Shown one piece after another: positions 1-9,311 of a stretch of DNA of 63,098 nt. The translations under genes and the position numbers were made by a program. The first letter of the stretch is position 1, and the number at the start of each line of letters is the position of its first letter. The stretch is taken from positions 1 through 63,098 of the forward strand of contig JAJZLT010000016.1 of the NCBI GenBank assembly GCA_021803245.1. The letters run 5' to 3'. The DNA is from Candidatus Micrarchaeota archaeon (GTDB taxonomy: Archaea > Micrarchaeota > Micrarchaeia > Micrarchaeales > CABMGC01). The notes under the pieces were generated by a model, which did not search any database, was not told the DNA's origin, and saw nothing but the letters and a program-made list of their open reading frames with translations.

Positions 1-211
1 TGCGGGAACGAAGCTGCAGGAAAATTATGCGGCATGGAAGGGAGCGCTCTTCCGTTCATCAGTCTTTGCAATCAGAAATAGGGGGTGTTAGGTGAATGGG
101 GATCTGGTGGGACAATAATTAGCACCTAACACCTATTGGTTGATGTAAAAAGCCAGATATATAAGCATTACTGTGAATAGGGTTTCGACAAACAGGATTG
201 TTATTTTGAAG

Positions 212-283
212 GGCCTTAGCCGGGATTCGAACCCGGACCTGGGGATCCACAGTCCCCTATGCTAGCCATTACACCACTGAGGC
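212..283 (-). tRNA. tRNA-His (anticodon GTG)
   Basis: The reverse complement folds as a cloverleaf. Acceptor GCCTCAG/CTAAGGC has one C-A mismatch. The D loop carries GG. Anticodon stem GGGGA/TCCCC with loop CTGTGGA. T arm CCGGG-TTCGAAT-CCCGG, discriminator C. No encoded CCA, and the nucleotide at -1 is T, not G. Confidence 0.8.
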
Positions 284-357
284 ATTTGAAGTAACTTGAA
301 TGTATATGTATAGAATAATAAATAGGCAGTGCAGGATTTATAGAATAAGCGTATAGA

Positions 358-2130
358 CTATGGCGTAGGACCCTGATTCCTGTCCATCCTGTCCGTTATG
401 GACCCATCATGATGCGTGCTTTGACTGCTCTTGCTTTTCCTTTGTGCTTCAAACTCCTCGTCGCGTAATTTTTCCAATCTTTCTTCGGCACGGACTTCAG
501 CATCCATTTCAGCGCCTATCTTTCTCATTTTATATTCAGGACTTTGTGGCTTTAAATGGCTTTTATACCAATAATATATGCCTCTTTTGCTTCCTTCTGT
601 CAATTTTACATAAAACATAAATTCGTTATATTCTTTATATTGCCTTGCCTTTCTTGCTTCACTTAGCACTGCTTCTATTGGCTTTTTTTGAAAGTATTGA
701 TTATCTTCCCATGGATATCGTCCCGGTACTACCAATGTTTCTCTGGCATTTTTGGGTGGCACTTGTTCTCTTACTCTACTTTCGTATTTTTGGGTTAATA
801 AATCACGGTCTCTTGAGGAATCTTCTGTCTTTTGCGCCTTTTCTATACGTTTATATTCGAAGAATTCTGGGCTACCTGGCATATTTTTTGCCTTATATCT
901 GAAAAGAATTTCAGAATTTTCCTTTGAGTAGGCTTCAATATAAGCTGCAGTTAAATTTCCAGTAACGCCTTCCGCAGCCCCATTGTCCAACAACAATTTT
1001 GTTATTCTATCCCTTCTATGGGCTATAGAAAAGAAGATTGGTGGAGCTTCTATATAAGTTGTGTGGTCTGGTAGTTCGCGTATATATGCCGGGGATCGCT
1101 TGTATATATCTGCCCCGTATAGTATATACAATTTTGCACTTTCTATATCATTGTCTTCTATTGCCTGCACTAGATAAGATTTTCCATAACTTAATTCTTC
1201 TCTGTTTATGTCCCCTCCTGCCCGTAACAATAGTCTTACTGTTTCAAGGGTTTCAGTTTTGCCTAATGGAATATAGTCAGGCTCGTACAACTCAGTTTTC
1301 TTTGCTTTGTCAATAGCAGCTTCTATTTCTAAGCGCCTTCTTAAAAGGGCGTGTCTCAATGCACTCTGTATGTTATGCATTAGCGGCTTTACCTGGCTCT
1401 CCTGAAGCAGCAATCTTACTTTTTCATGCCTGCCTGCACCTGAAGCTACGGTCAATGGCGTTTTATAGCTTATGCCTAATGGATCTCCGTATTTGTACTT
1501 TTTCATGAATACTCTTTGGTATTTGTCATCTCCAAGCCACCTGCTTCGCATCCTTCCCCGGTAGTAATATGCATGGTTTACTAATCCACCCTCTACTACT
1601 TTCTCCTTAAATTTTTCTATCTCGAATTTAGATTGGCTTAGCTTCTCAATCTTATCAGGATGGGAAGGGTCCTTTGGTAGTAGATTACGCCTGCGCCTTA
1701 ATCTATAGAGATACGCTCCTGCAAGAAGACTAGTACCTGCGGCTCCGATGATTACGGCATCTTGCGCAGACCTGTCTTTTCCTATTCCTAAATCACGCAT
1801 CACTTCTTTTATCGGTTTGTATTTTTCTGCCTCTTTGAGTATGCCCGATGCGTTGGTTTCGACTTTCTTTATAATGCCATTATTCTTGCCACCAGTTGCA
1901 TGCACGACGGCCGTAGAATTAAAAACCTTGCTGTTTGTTTGCTGTGCGCTGCCTGTAGCGGTAAAAGCGGCCATCGATGATAGGGAAATTGCAGCCATTG
2001 CTAAAGAGGCGTTTATTGCCCTTCTTAGATTATGAGGCGTGGATCCTCTTACCTCGATGTCTCTTCTCAGTTTGCTTAGTTGATTTGCCTTTGAAGCGCA
2101 GCTTGCTGCATGCGGTAGTGTAGCTTTCAT
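358..2130 (-). CDS. Ankyrin-repeat protein with N-terminal hydrophobic/RR-containing segment and a second hydrophobic segment (590 aa)
   Basis: ANK-like motifs TVRLLLRAGGDIN, AKLYILYGADIY and ITKLLLDNGAAEG. N-terminus RRAINASLAMAAISLSSMAAFTATGSA. Shares the module EKYKPIKEVMRDLGIGKDRSAQDAVIIG with the next gene. Confidence 0.7.
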   Translation of the reverse strand: MKATLPHAASCASKANQLSKLRRDIEVRGSTPHNLRRAINASLAMAAISLSSMAAFTATGSAQQTNSKVFNSTAVVHATGGKNNGIIKKVETNASGILKEAEKYKPIKEVMRDLGIGKDRSAQDAVIIGAAGTSLLAGAYLYRLRRRRNLLPKDPSHPDKIEKLSQSKFEIEKFKEKVVEGGLVNHAYYYRGRMRSRWLGDDKYQRVFMKKYKYGDPLGISYKTPLTVASGAGRHEKVRLLLQESQVKPLMHNIQSALRHALLRRRLEIEAAIDKAKKTELYEPDYIPLGKTETLETVRLLLRAGGDINREELSYGKSYLVQAIEDNDIESAKLYILYGADIYKRSPAYIRELPDHTTYIEAPPIFFSIAHRRDRITKLLLDNGAAEGVTGNLTAAYIEAYSKENSEILFRYKAKNMPGSPEFFEYKRIEKAQKTEDSSRDRDLLTQKYESRVREQVPPKNARETLVVPGRYPWEDNQYFQKKPIEAVLSEARKARQYKEYNEFMFYVKLTEGSKRGIYYWYKSHLKPQSPEYKMRKIGAEMDAEVRAEERLEKLRDEEFEAQRKSKSSQSTHHDGSITDRMDRNQGPTP

Positions 2131-2261
2131 GAATTAATCCCTTCGATCTTACTATATTAACATTGCTACAGAAATATTGATTTTTCTTTAATATACTTGG
2201 TGTATTTTAAATAGATTGTAAATTTTCCGATGGAGCAGCTTTAAATACGCTTTTAATGTTA

Positions 2262-3239
2262 TCAATAGCCAAAAGTTTCTATGGCTGCATTTATCAATGA
2301 TTCTGCCTTCTGATAGGCTACTGCCGCGGCTGCATGCATTCCGATTTCATTGAGTACCTCGATGAATTCGTTCATCTGTTTAACTGCTTCGTTTCTTGAA
2401 AGGCTTTCTCTCATCATTTTTTCAGGCATCATATTCGTTACCACATATTCTATGGCAGATATGCCGTTTTTATCGGTAGCCAATGGATTAGCACCGGCCT
2501 CTATCAATGCTAATGCAACAGTGGGCATTGATGCGTGCATCAAAGGCGTGAAGTCGCTTGAGAAGCGACGTTGAGTGTAATAGTTTTTATCGGTAAATGA
2601 ACCAATTCCGTACCCGAAATTCACAGGGCCATAATGCCTGTTTACATCGGCTCCTTTTCGAATCATTTCTATAACTCCATTCACCGATCCATTTTCGATG
2701 GCCTTGGTTAATTTTCGGTCTAAGCCACTTTTTTTCATTTCAGAATTATCTGAATCTTCATATTTGTGCCTAAGCAGCCGTCTCTTGACAGGATGATATC
2801 TTCTTCTTAGTGTTTCCTCTGCGCCAATTACGCCTAATGCGGCTATGCCAAGTATAATTTCATCCTGTGCCGTCTTGTTCTTGGCAAGTCCTAGTTTTCG
2901 CATTATTTCTTTTACTGGCTTGTACTTCTCTATGCTGTTCAGGGTTTCTGATGCCCAATTTTCTTTTTCTTTTGCAGCACTATGATCTTCTTTGGCTCCT
3001 GTTTTAGGCCTATTTGTTGTTTCAACTGACTTGACCATTACCGCTGCAGGCTGCTGCCTGTACAATTCACGGAACGAAGGCGCAAAGGACGCTGTGAGTG
3101 AAGCTGCAATCATGGATGATGCAAACGTTTTTGAAATTTTATTCTTAACATGAACAGCGCTGCTTTCTTTTCTCTGCAATGCTGCAGCTAGTTGTGATGC
3201 ATTATTACGTTCATCTGCATGTACACGATTTACTCCCAT
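2262..3239 (-). CDS. Ankyrin-repeat protein, paralogous N-terminal module to 358-2130 (325 aa)
   Basis: ANK motifs VIEMIRKGADVN and TPLMHASMPTVALALIEAGANPLATDKNGISAIEY. Shared module EKYKPVKEIMRKLGLAKNKTAQDEIILG. N-terminal hydrophobic stretch. Confidence 0.7.
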   Translation of the reverse strand: MGVNRVHADERNNASQLAAALQRKESSAVHVKNKISKTFASSMIAASLTASFAPSFRELYRQQPAAVMVKSVETTNRPKTGAKEDHSAAKEKENWASETLNSIEKYKPVKEIMRKLGLAKNKTAQDEIILGIAALGVIGAEETLRRRYHPVKRRLLRHKYEDSDNSEMKKSGLDRKLTKAIENGSVNGVIEMIRKGADVNRHYGPVNFGYGIGSFTDKNYYTQRRFSSDFTPLMHASMPTVALALIEAGANPLATDKNGISAIEYVVTNMMPEKMMRESLSRNEAVKQMNEFIEVLNEIGMHAAAAVAYQKAESLINAAIETFGY

Positions 3240-3271
3240 GATTTAACCCCTCATATTCGCTATGGCGATTT

Positions 3272-4483
3272 CTAGGCCTCTTCTATTTCTTGTTTTATAT
3301 ACTGCGCCAGTGAAGAGGCTTCTGCCTGCCTGCCAATTTTGCCGTCTAACACAGACGCCAGCACGTATGGGATATTATTTACAAGCTGTCCTGTTCCCCT
3401 AAACTGATTTTTTTCATCTGCATTATAATTATTAACTTCATACTTTACTGCATCTCTTGCCAGATTCTGCAGGACTTTTTCTCGAGCTTTGCGCGAAGCT
3501 TCAGCAGTATTATCAGTAGCATATGGCTTTGCAAGAGCATCCATTAGCGTATCTATAAAAGAGCTCAGCTCCTCTTTTGTGGGGAGATATGCTATGGTTG
3601 ATGCCCCCCAGTACCATTTATACTGATCTTTGGAATATGCAGGAGGGCCTGCTTTTAAAGCAGGGCTTGCCAGTTCTATTGCTGTCATCAGCAATGTCTT
3701 GCCATTTTTATCCATTATGTCCGCTTCCGCGCCATGCTCCAGGTAAGCCTTCGCAGTTTCCAGGTGCCCCCACCTTACGCTCTTAAACAAGGAATCGTGG
3801 TCAGTTGCTGTGGCAGCCCTCTTATTCAGTTCTGACTTTACTGCTGCAAGCTCTGCAGACAGGAGCAAAACAGGTATTGCATCGTTGTTCTTCATGTCAA
3901 AGAAATTCATCCTGTCAAAGGCCCGGCGCCCCTCATTGTTAACTGCATTAATATCTGCGCCGCGTGAGATCAAAGAGTATGCTTTGTCCATATCGCTTGC
4001 TATGGCCCCAGGTATAAGCCAGCGGTTATCCCCGAGTTTTTTAATATCATTCACTACTGAAGTTATAGTGCGGAAGAGCTCTGTCTCGCCTCTGCTGTCC
4101 TTTGCATCTATGCCGTGCTCATGATGTATCGTAATTGGCAGAAGTTGCAATGGACCACGCTGTGCAGTTTCAGAAGGCGAATTTAAAATTTTATTGCTCG
4201 GCGTTTCTTCCGCGCCAGGCATGCCTGACATGTATCTCAGGTGGTTTGCAAGCCATGGATTTCTCTCCGACCAATCGCGTTCTTGCTCTTCCGGGCTTTG
4301 GCGGTAATGCGGCTGCGGAAGCACTATGGGCTGCGTTCTCTTGATTCCTTCTTCATTGGAAAGGGCATTGCTCCTGCGCAGCAGCCTCTTTAACCGCGAT
4401 GCTCCGGCACTCCTGGTTTCGCCCATGCCTGAAGCGCCGATTGTTGTATTGGCTCCTGGCTCCTTTTCTTTCCTGCTCCTCAT
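3272..4483 (-). CDS. Soluble ankyrin-repeat protein (403 aa)
   Basis: ANK motifs AYSLISRGADINAVNNEGRRAFD and ETAKAYLEHGAEADIMDKNGKTLLMTAIE. No TM segment seen. Confidence 0.75.
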   Translation of the reverse strand: MRSRKEKEPGANTTIGASGMGETRSAGASRLKRLLRRSNALSNEEGIKRTQPIVLPQPHYRQSPEEQERDWSERNPWLANHLRYMSGMPGAEETPSNKILNSPSETAQRGPLQLLPITIHHEHGIDAKDSRGETELFRTITSVVNDIKKLGDNRWLIPGAIASDMDKAYSLISRGADINAVNNEGRRAFDRMNFFDMKNNDAIPVLLLSAELAAVKSELNKRAATATDHDSLFKSVRWGHLETAKAYLEHGAEADIMDKNGKTLLMTAIELASPALKAGPPAYSKDQYKWYWGASTIAYLPTKEELSSFIDTLMDALAKPYATDNTAEASRKAREKVLQNLARDAVKYEVNNYNADEKNQFRGTGQLVNNIPYVLASVLDGKIGRQAEASSLAQYIKQEIEEA

Positions 4484-4580
4484 CTTACCCTATTGTATGC
4501 ATCTTTCCAGATATATAGCTTTTTGGGAGTTAGAAATTGTCGTCTGAATCATTTACTGATCCTTTTATAAATCAGTATGT

Positions 4581-4590
4581 CTTTTATATC
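4581..4590 (+). promoter_or_regulatory. TATA-like box about 25 nt upstream of the GTG start at 4614 (possible leaderless transcript)
   Basis: CTTTTATATC sits in the 130-bp divergent intergenic region. A second TTTTATAAAT lies at 4563-4572. Confidence 0.3.
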
Positions 4591-4613
4591 ATCTAAGGCA
4601 TAATTGTACTGGT

Positions 4614-6716
4614 GTGCTGGTGTTTTTCGCATTTGCTGTATTGCTCTCTATTGGCGCGATAAATGCGCTGATACCTATAATTATAATACTGATACTTATA
4701 GCTGCTGCGGCTGGCTCTACCAGGGGATACAGCATCTTTGCAATATTGGGCATAGGCACAATTGCAGGAATGGGGCCAAGCGGAAAAGGCAGCATGGCTG
4801 GGAAAGGAAGCTATCCTTTCAGATCCATTCTTGATCCGAATATAAGAGGGCCCAGGAAGTCTCCAGAGGCTAAGAAGAGGAAAGCAGAGAGGAAAGAGAA
4901 GGCAAAAAAGGAAGAAGAAATTCGCAGGAGCAGACCTTTGCCTTTAGGAGCGCCAACGCCTAAAAGATCACTAAAACCATGGCAGAAGAGGACCATTAAG
5001 GTAGCAAGATGGGCAGTTGCACCCGCAATAGTTGGCAGTGGCATTGTAGTTTATCAGAAAGGCTTGGCAGTGGCTAGAAGGATAGCGAGGTCAGCGAATC
5101 CGCAGGACAAGCGGGATGCCAGATCTGCAAGGACAGGAGTAGCAACGGACCGGCTTAGCAGAAGCCTTGACTCACGGAAAGCCCCACAGTATAAACCAAA
5201 TACCACTCCAGGAGCGCCTCCTGGAAGCGGGATGGTTACAAACAGATTGAGCACAGAGAATAGGGAAATTATAAGAAGAATATTAGATGCCAGAAGTAGG
5301 GGAATAGGAGCAGTGCCTACAAGCGCCATTGGGGTTGGGGCAGGGACTGAATTAAGGAGGGCTGCCCTGGCACTTAAAAACCGCCAATTCAAGGTGGCCA
5401 ATACGCACCTAAACAATGTTTCCAAGATAGTGAGCCATAACCTGCAGCAGAGGCAGCTAAATGCAGTTTCCGGAAAGGCTTTGCAGGAAAGGCAAAAACT
5501 CCTGAAGGACATGAATGAAGCAAACGAAATAGGAAAGGGACGCACTGCGACAAGAGGAGGGACTACTTACACAGGAGCAGATGTAGGTGCTGCAAAAACT
5601 ATATGGGGCTCTCTTGCGATGACTGGAATTGCGAAGCTTAGAGGAGACAAATATGGATCTGATTTATATAAGAGAGATGCTCTTGCGCAGCTTAAGGTTA
5701 GGAGCGCAGAGGGTGGCCTTGCACTCTCCGATAGGCTCAGGCATGGAGTAACTGATAAAAAAGGCAGTGTAACCATGGGTCCGCTTCATCAGCAAATAGG
5801 AAGAGCGGCAAGGCAAGAAAAAGCTGGCGAAAACACCAGAGCAAGGGAAAAACACCTGCGTGAGCTTGAAATGTTTCTGTATGGCTCTGTAGGACAGATT
5901 GGAGCTTTCGAAAAGATGTATGGAGTCACTAATCCAGGCAAAGTAGTTAAGTTGAGAGAGAGGGTAAAAGCCGAACAGGCAATTGCAGATTACAAATATA
6001 GTGGAGATCCGGCTGCACTGACAGCGATGAATAGCGCTAAAACGTCAGGAATTATCAGTGATCAGGAATACAATAAAGCCGTTATCGCAGGCCCGTATTC
6101 ATTTACGAGAAAAGAGTATGAATCGCAGACAGAGAAAAACAAAAATGCCATGGAAAACGTTTTGCAGATTGAGATTGGAAGGATAGCATTTGCACAGGAT
6201 AAACTTGCGCACGGCGAAATAACACATGATGTTTATGAAAAAGAGATGGGCAAGATACAGAAGGAGCAGAACCTTCTCAGTAAGCTCGCATATGAGCATT
6301 CACGGCTAACCTCAGGAAACCCTCCTGGAAGGATAGAGGTAGGCTTTAAGCGCAAAATTGGACCGGAAGGAGGGGTAGAGGCGAACGGGCTTCTGCCTAC
6401 CATAAAAATAAACCCGCGCCAGACCGGCACAAGCGGCGTGGCACAGCGGTTGTTTGAGTTTCATAGGAATGTAAATACTATTAACAAGCTAAAAGAAAGG
6501 GGCGACAGAGAATTCTTGCCCCCGACCAACGGCATATTGAATGCTTCTGGAAGATGGCGCAATGAAAACGTTACCAAGTACCACTCCTTTGAAGTTGGCA
6601 GTGCGCCTGCGATGAATAGGAGTGTGTATGAAATAGGGGAAGGAAAACATGTTGAATACCAATTAAGGCGCAGGAGGGTAGTGCCTCTGCCTCACTGGGA
6701 GAGGAAAGAGACATGA
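4614..6716 (+). CDS. Membrane-anchored, extremely basic (K/R-rich), partly coiled-coil protein of unknown function (700 aa)
   Basis: Long ORF with an N-terminal hydrophobic hairpin (LLSIGAINALIPIIIILILIAAAAG ... IFAILGIGTIAGMG), a third hydrophobic segment (WAVAPAIVGSGIVVY), then a K/R/E-rich sequence. First gene of the plus-strand locus. Confidence 0.6.
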   Translation: MLVFFAFAVLLSIGAINALIPIIIILILIAAAAGSTRGYSIFAILGIGTIAGMGPSGKGSMAGKGSYPFRSILDPNIRGPRKSPEAKKRKAERKEKAKKEEEIRRSRPLPLGAPTPKRSLKPWQKRTIKVARWAVAPAIVGSGIVVYQKGLAVARRIARSANPQDKRDARSARTGVATDRLSRSLDSRKAPQYKPNTTPGAPPGSGMVTNRLSTENREIIRRILDARSRGIGAVPTSAIGVGAGTELRRAALALKNRQFKVANTHLNNVSKIVSHNLQQRQLNAVSGKALQERQKLLKDMNEANEIGKGRTATRGGTTYTGADVGAAKTIWGSLAMTGIAKLRGDKYGSDLYKRDALAQLKVRSAEGGLALSDRLRHGVTDKKGSVTMGPLHQQIGRAARQEKAGENTRAREKHLRELEMFLYGSVGQIGAFEKMYGVTNPGKVVKLRERVKAEQAIADYKYSGDPAALTAMNSAKTSGIISDQEYNKAVIAGPYSFTRKEYESQTEKNKNAMENVLQIEIGRIAFAQDKLAHGEITHDVYEKEMGKIQKEQNLLSKLAYEHSRLTSGNPPGRIEVGFKRKIGPEGGVEANGLLPTIKINPRQTGTSGVAQRLFEFHRNVNTINKLKERGDREFLPPTNGILNASGRWRNENVTKYHSFEVGSAPAMNRSVYEIGEGKHVEYQLRRRRVVPLPHWERKET

Positions 6717-6800
6717 GGCTAGCCCATGGAGATCAATTTAGGTGCTTGGACTTTGGCGATAGGCTCTTCCTGAAGCATCTCCACTCTCTTCATAGATATC

Positions 6801-6812
6801 TAATTATATAAT
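6801..6812 (+). promoter_or_regulatory. TATA-like box about 25 nt upstream of ATG 6832
   Basis: TAATTATATAAT is centred about 25 nt before the start codon. There is a 115-nt gap after the preceding gene. Confidence 0.3.
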
Positions 6813-6831
6813 TTGCCATAGATATAGCACT

Positions 6832-8085
6832 ATGCGCCTAGCCAGTAGCATTTCCAGGGTCCTACTTTTCATGCTTTTCTTTCTTGGCATAGCTAACGCG
6901 TGCAGTGCAGCAGCGAACACAGCAGGATTTAATTTATCCTCTATTAACAATGGAAGCGGGCTGGAACTCTCTTTCATCGCACTTCTTATCTCAGTAGACG
7001 TGATAGCGATCGGTTGGATTGCAAACAAGATCCTACCTTCCATAGGCATAGCAGGCTGGCTGCCGAGAGAGTACTGGGAATTTACTAAATCTGCAATTCT
7101 GGTAACTGTGATCTTCTCAGTGATAGCGTTCGTAAGCGGGCTCTCCTTGCTTCTCGGAGGAGTCACTCCGCCCACTGCAGGAGCAGCACAGACATATGCT
7201 GCAAATGCAAATGCACTGGTCTACCAGTCTGAGACTTATCTTTGCACAGTTGACAACTCCCTCCAGGCTTCAATGGCAAACGTAGTCACGCTCTCTTTCG
7301 GATTGGGCGAAGTGAACGGAGCATATGGCGCCGTAGGTTCCTTTGCTGATGGGCAGGGCGGAAATCCCGGCTCGTATGCGGGCCTTGCGCTCTTCTATCA
7401 GGGCATACCGATCCCGCCTGTTCCACTGCCAGGATTTTTCGGGCTACTTCCGGAATTCAGGTCAGGCATAAACTTTGTCATACTCAGCAACTTCATGCTC
7501 GGCTCGAACTTCGTCTTCCACAGCCAGTTTGTCTCATTCATAAACGATGCGCTTGTCTTCCTGGCCTTCCCGATGGCCCTCTTCTTTATCTCTGAAGAGA
7601 AGCTGCTCCCCCTGCTTGTGCTTATAGGGCTCAACGTGCTCATACCAATCGGCCTTGTCTTCCGCTCTTTCCCGTTCCTGCGGAACATAGGGGGAACTCT
7701 GGTGGCGCTCGGCATAGGCGTTTCGCTCATCTGGCCATCGCTGCTGCTGCTGATCAATGTGCCGCTTACTGGTTACTTCAAGCCATTGCTCTATGACACC
7801 ACCTCATCAAGCACAGCGTTCTCAAACAGCTGCCCCGGCTTCTTCGCCATTATATGCAACGGAGTAAACACGCTCTTCACCGGAACATTCTACGGTTTTG
7901 ACAGCATAGACAATATTTATCCGGATATCAACTTCCTTATGAAAAATGAGCTCTTTATAATATTCCAGCAGTATGTGCTCTTCATGATAGACCTGGTAAT
8001 CTTCTTCCCGCTCACCGATGCAATAGCGAGAACACTCGGAGGCACAATCAGGCTTCAGCTCGGAAAGAGGTTTAAGCTGGTGTAG
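6832..8085 (+). CDS. Polytopic membrane protein, paralog 1 of 6 (signal-peptide-like N-terminus)
   Basis: Motif VFRSFPFLRNIGGTLVALGIGVSLIWP. N-terminus MRLASSISRVLLFMLFFLGIANAC. Many hydrophobic segments. Confidence 0.8.
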   Translation: MRLASSISRVLLFMLFFLGIANACSAAANTAGFNLSSINNGSGLELSFIALLISVDVIAIGWIANKILPSIGIAGWLPREYWEFTKSAILVTVIFSVIAFVSGLSLLLGGVTPPTAGAAQTYAANANALVYQSETYLCTVDNSLQASMANVVTLSFGLGEVNGAYGAVGSFADGQGGNPGSYAGLALFYQGIPIPPVPLPGFFGLLPEFRSGINFVILSNFMLGSNFVFHSQFVSFINDALVFLAFPMALFFISEEKLLPLLVLIGLNVLIPIGLVFRSFPFLRNIGGTLVALGIGVSLIWPSLLLLINVPLTGYFKPLLYDTTSSSTAFSNSCPGFFAIICNGVNTLFTGTFYGFDSIDNIYPDINFLMKNELFIIFQQYVLFMIDLVIFFPLTDAIARTLGGTIRLQLGKRFKLV

Positions 8086-8087
8086 AT

Positions 8088-9260
8088 ATGATAGGCCTAT
8101 TCTCGTTTGCAAACTTCATGCTCGCTGCCACGACTACTTACCAGGCTACCTGCTCCTATGCATATCTGAACCAGGCCGGCTGGATAAACATAAACATGCT
8201 TGTTGTACTGGCATTCATGCTTATTGCATCGCTGATATATGCGATAAGCTCGCTGCTTCCTGCTTCGAAGAGCGAGAGGGCCAAGGGCCTTGTGAAATTT
8301 GAATTGGTGCAGGGCGTAATAAGCGTTCTGCTCATAGTGGCCATACTTTCCTTCGCAGATGTTACGTGCAATGCAGGCGCAGCGCTTATGGGTCCGTACA
8401 GCGGATATCAGGATCCATTCCAGTACTCGCATTTCTATCTAGGAACCCTTGTCTTTACCACAGGCGTCTCGCTTATTTCGAGCTTGTGGTCGCAGGGAAT
8501 AATACTGCTGGTGGACGGAAACCTGGTAGGCGACTTCCTAAGCAGCATTCCGCTGGGCCATCTTAGTCTAGGCCCATTCAGCGGTGAATTTGGCATAGGT
8601 GAAGAAGCCACATATGTCTTTTTCGAATACAACGGAATACTCACGCAGGTCTTCTCGGTCATCGTAGTGCTTACTTCCGGAATACTGGTCATCGTATTCC
8701 TTATCCTGCCTGCGGTAGAGCAGCTCGCCCTTGGTGTTGTGCTGCCCGTGGCTATCATAATGAGATCGCTTTCATTTACCGGGCCCAGGCTGCGTGAGGC
8801 TGCCAATTCATTCATCGCTCTTGCTCTTGCCTTCTATTTCGTCTTCCCCATGACAATAGTTATGGACAGTTATATTGTAGGATGGCTCTACTGCACCAAC
8901 GGAACGACATGCAATCCTTATTCAGGCTATCTTGGTTCATATCCGCTGAGCAATCTGCCGGTAAGCCCGCTCTTCAAGCAGACAAGCGAGACAACATTAG
9001 GCCTTGGCGCGCCGCTGAGTATTTACAGCGCAGAGGTAAGCGGAAATGGAGGCATAGGAAGCATGCTGACGCAACTGCTTGAGGGCCTGGTAAGGCTGCC
9101 TGCGCTTGTGCAGAATTTTATACCTTCTGTGGCAGAGTACGTCTTCCAGGGCGTTATGCTTTTAGGGCTTGACCTTGCAATAACAGTCGGATTTGCAATA
9201 GGTCTTACAAAGAGCTTTGCTGCAGCTTCAAGTTTTATGCATATTGGCCCGGTGCTTTGA
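8088..9260 (+). CDS. Polytopic membrane protein, paralog 2 of 6 (most divergent)
   Basis: Starts 2 nt after the previous stop, with GGTG upstream. Degenerate motif IMRSLSFTGPRLREAANSFIALALAFYFVFP. Same TM layout as the other paralogs. Confidence 0.75.
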   Translation: MIGLFSFANFMLAATTTYQATCSYAYLNQAGWININMLVVLAFMLIASLIYAISSLLPASKSERAKGLVKFELVQGVISVLLIVAILSFADVTCNAGAALMGPYSGYQDPFQYSHFYLGTLVFTTGVSLISSLWSQGIILLVDGNLVGDFLSSIPLGHLSLGPFSGEFGIGEEATYVFFEYNGILTQVFSVIVVLTSGILVIVFLILPAVEQLALGVVLPVAIIMRSLSFTGPRLREAANSFIALALAFYFVFPMTIVMDSYIVGWLYCTNGTTCNPYSGYLGSYPLSNLPVSPLFKQTSETTLGLGAPLSIYSAEVSGNGGIGSMLTQLLEGLVRLPALVQNFIPSVAEYVFQGVMLLGLDLAITVGFAIGLTKSFAAASSFMHIGPVL

Positions 9261-9311
9261 AATGGATGATACTGCAAGATTTAACGGGGCATGCAAATTG
9301 GTGGGGCTACG

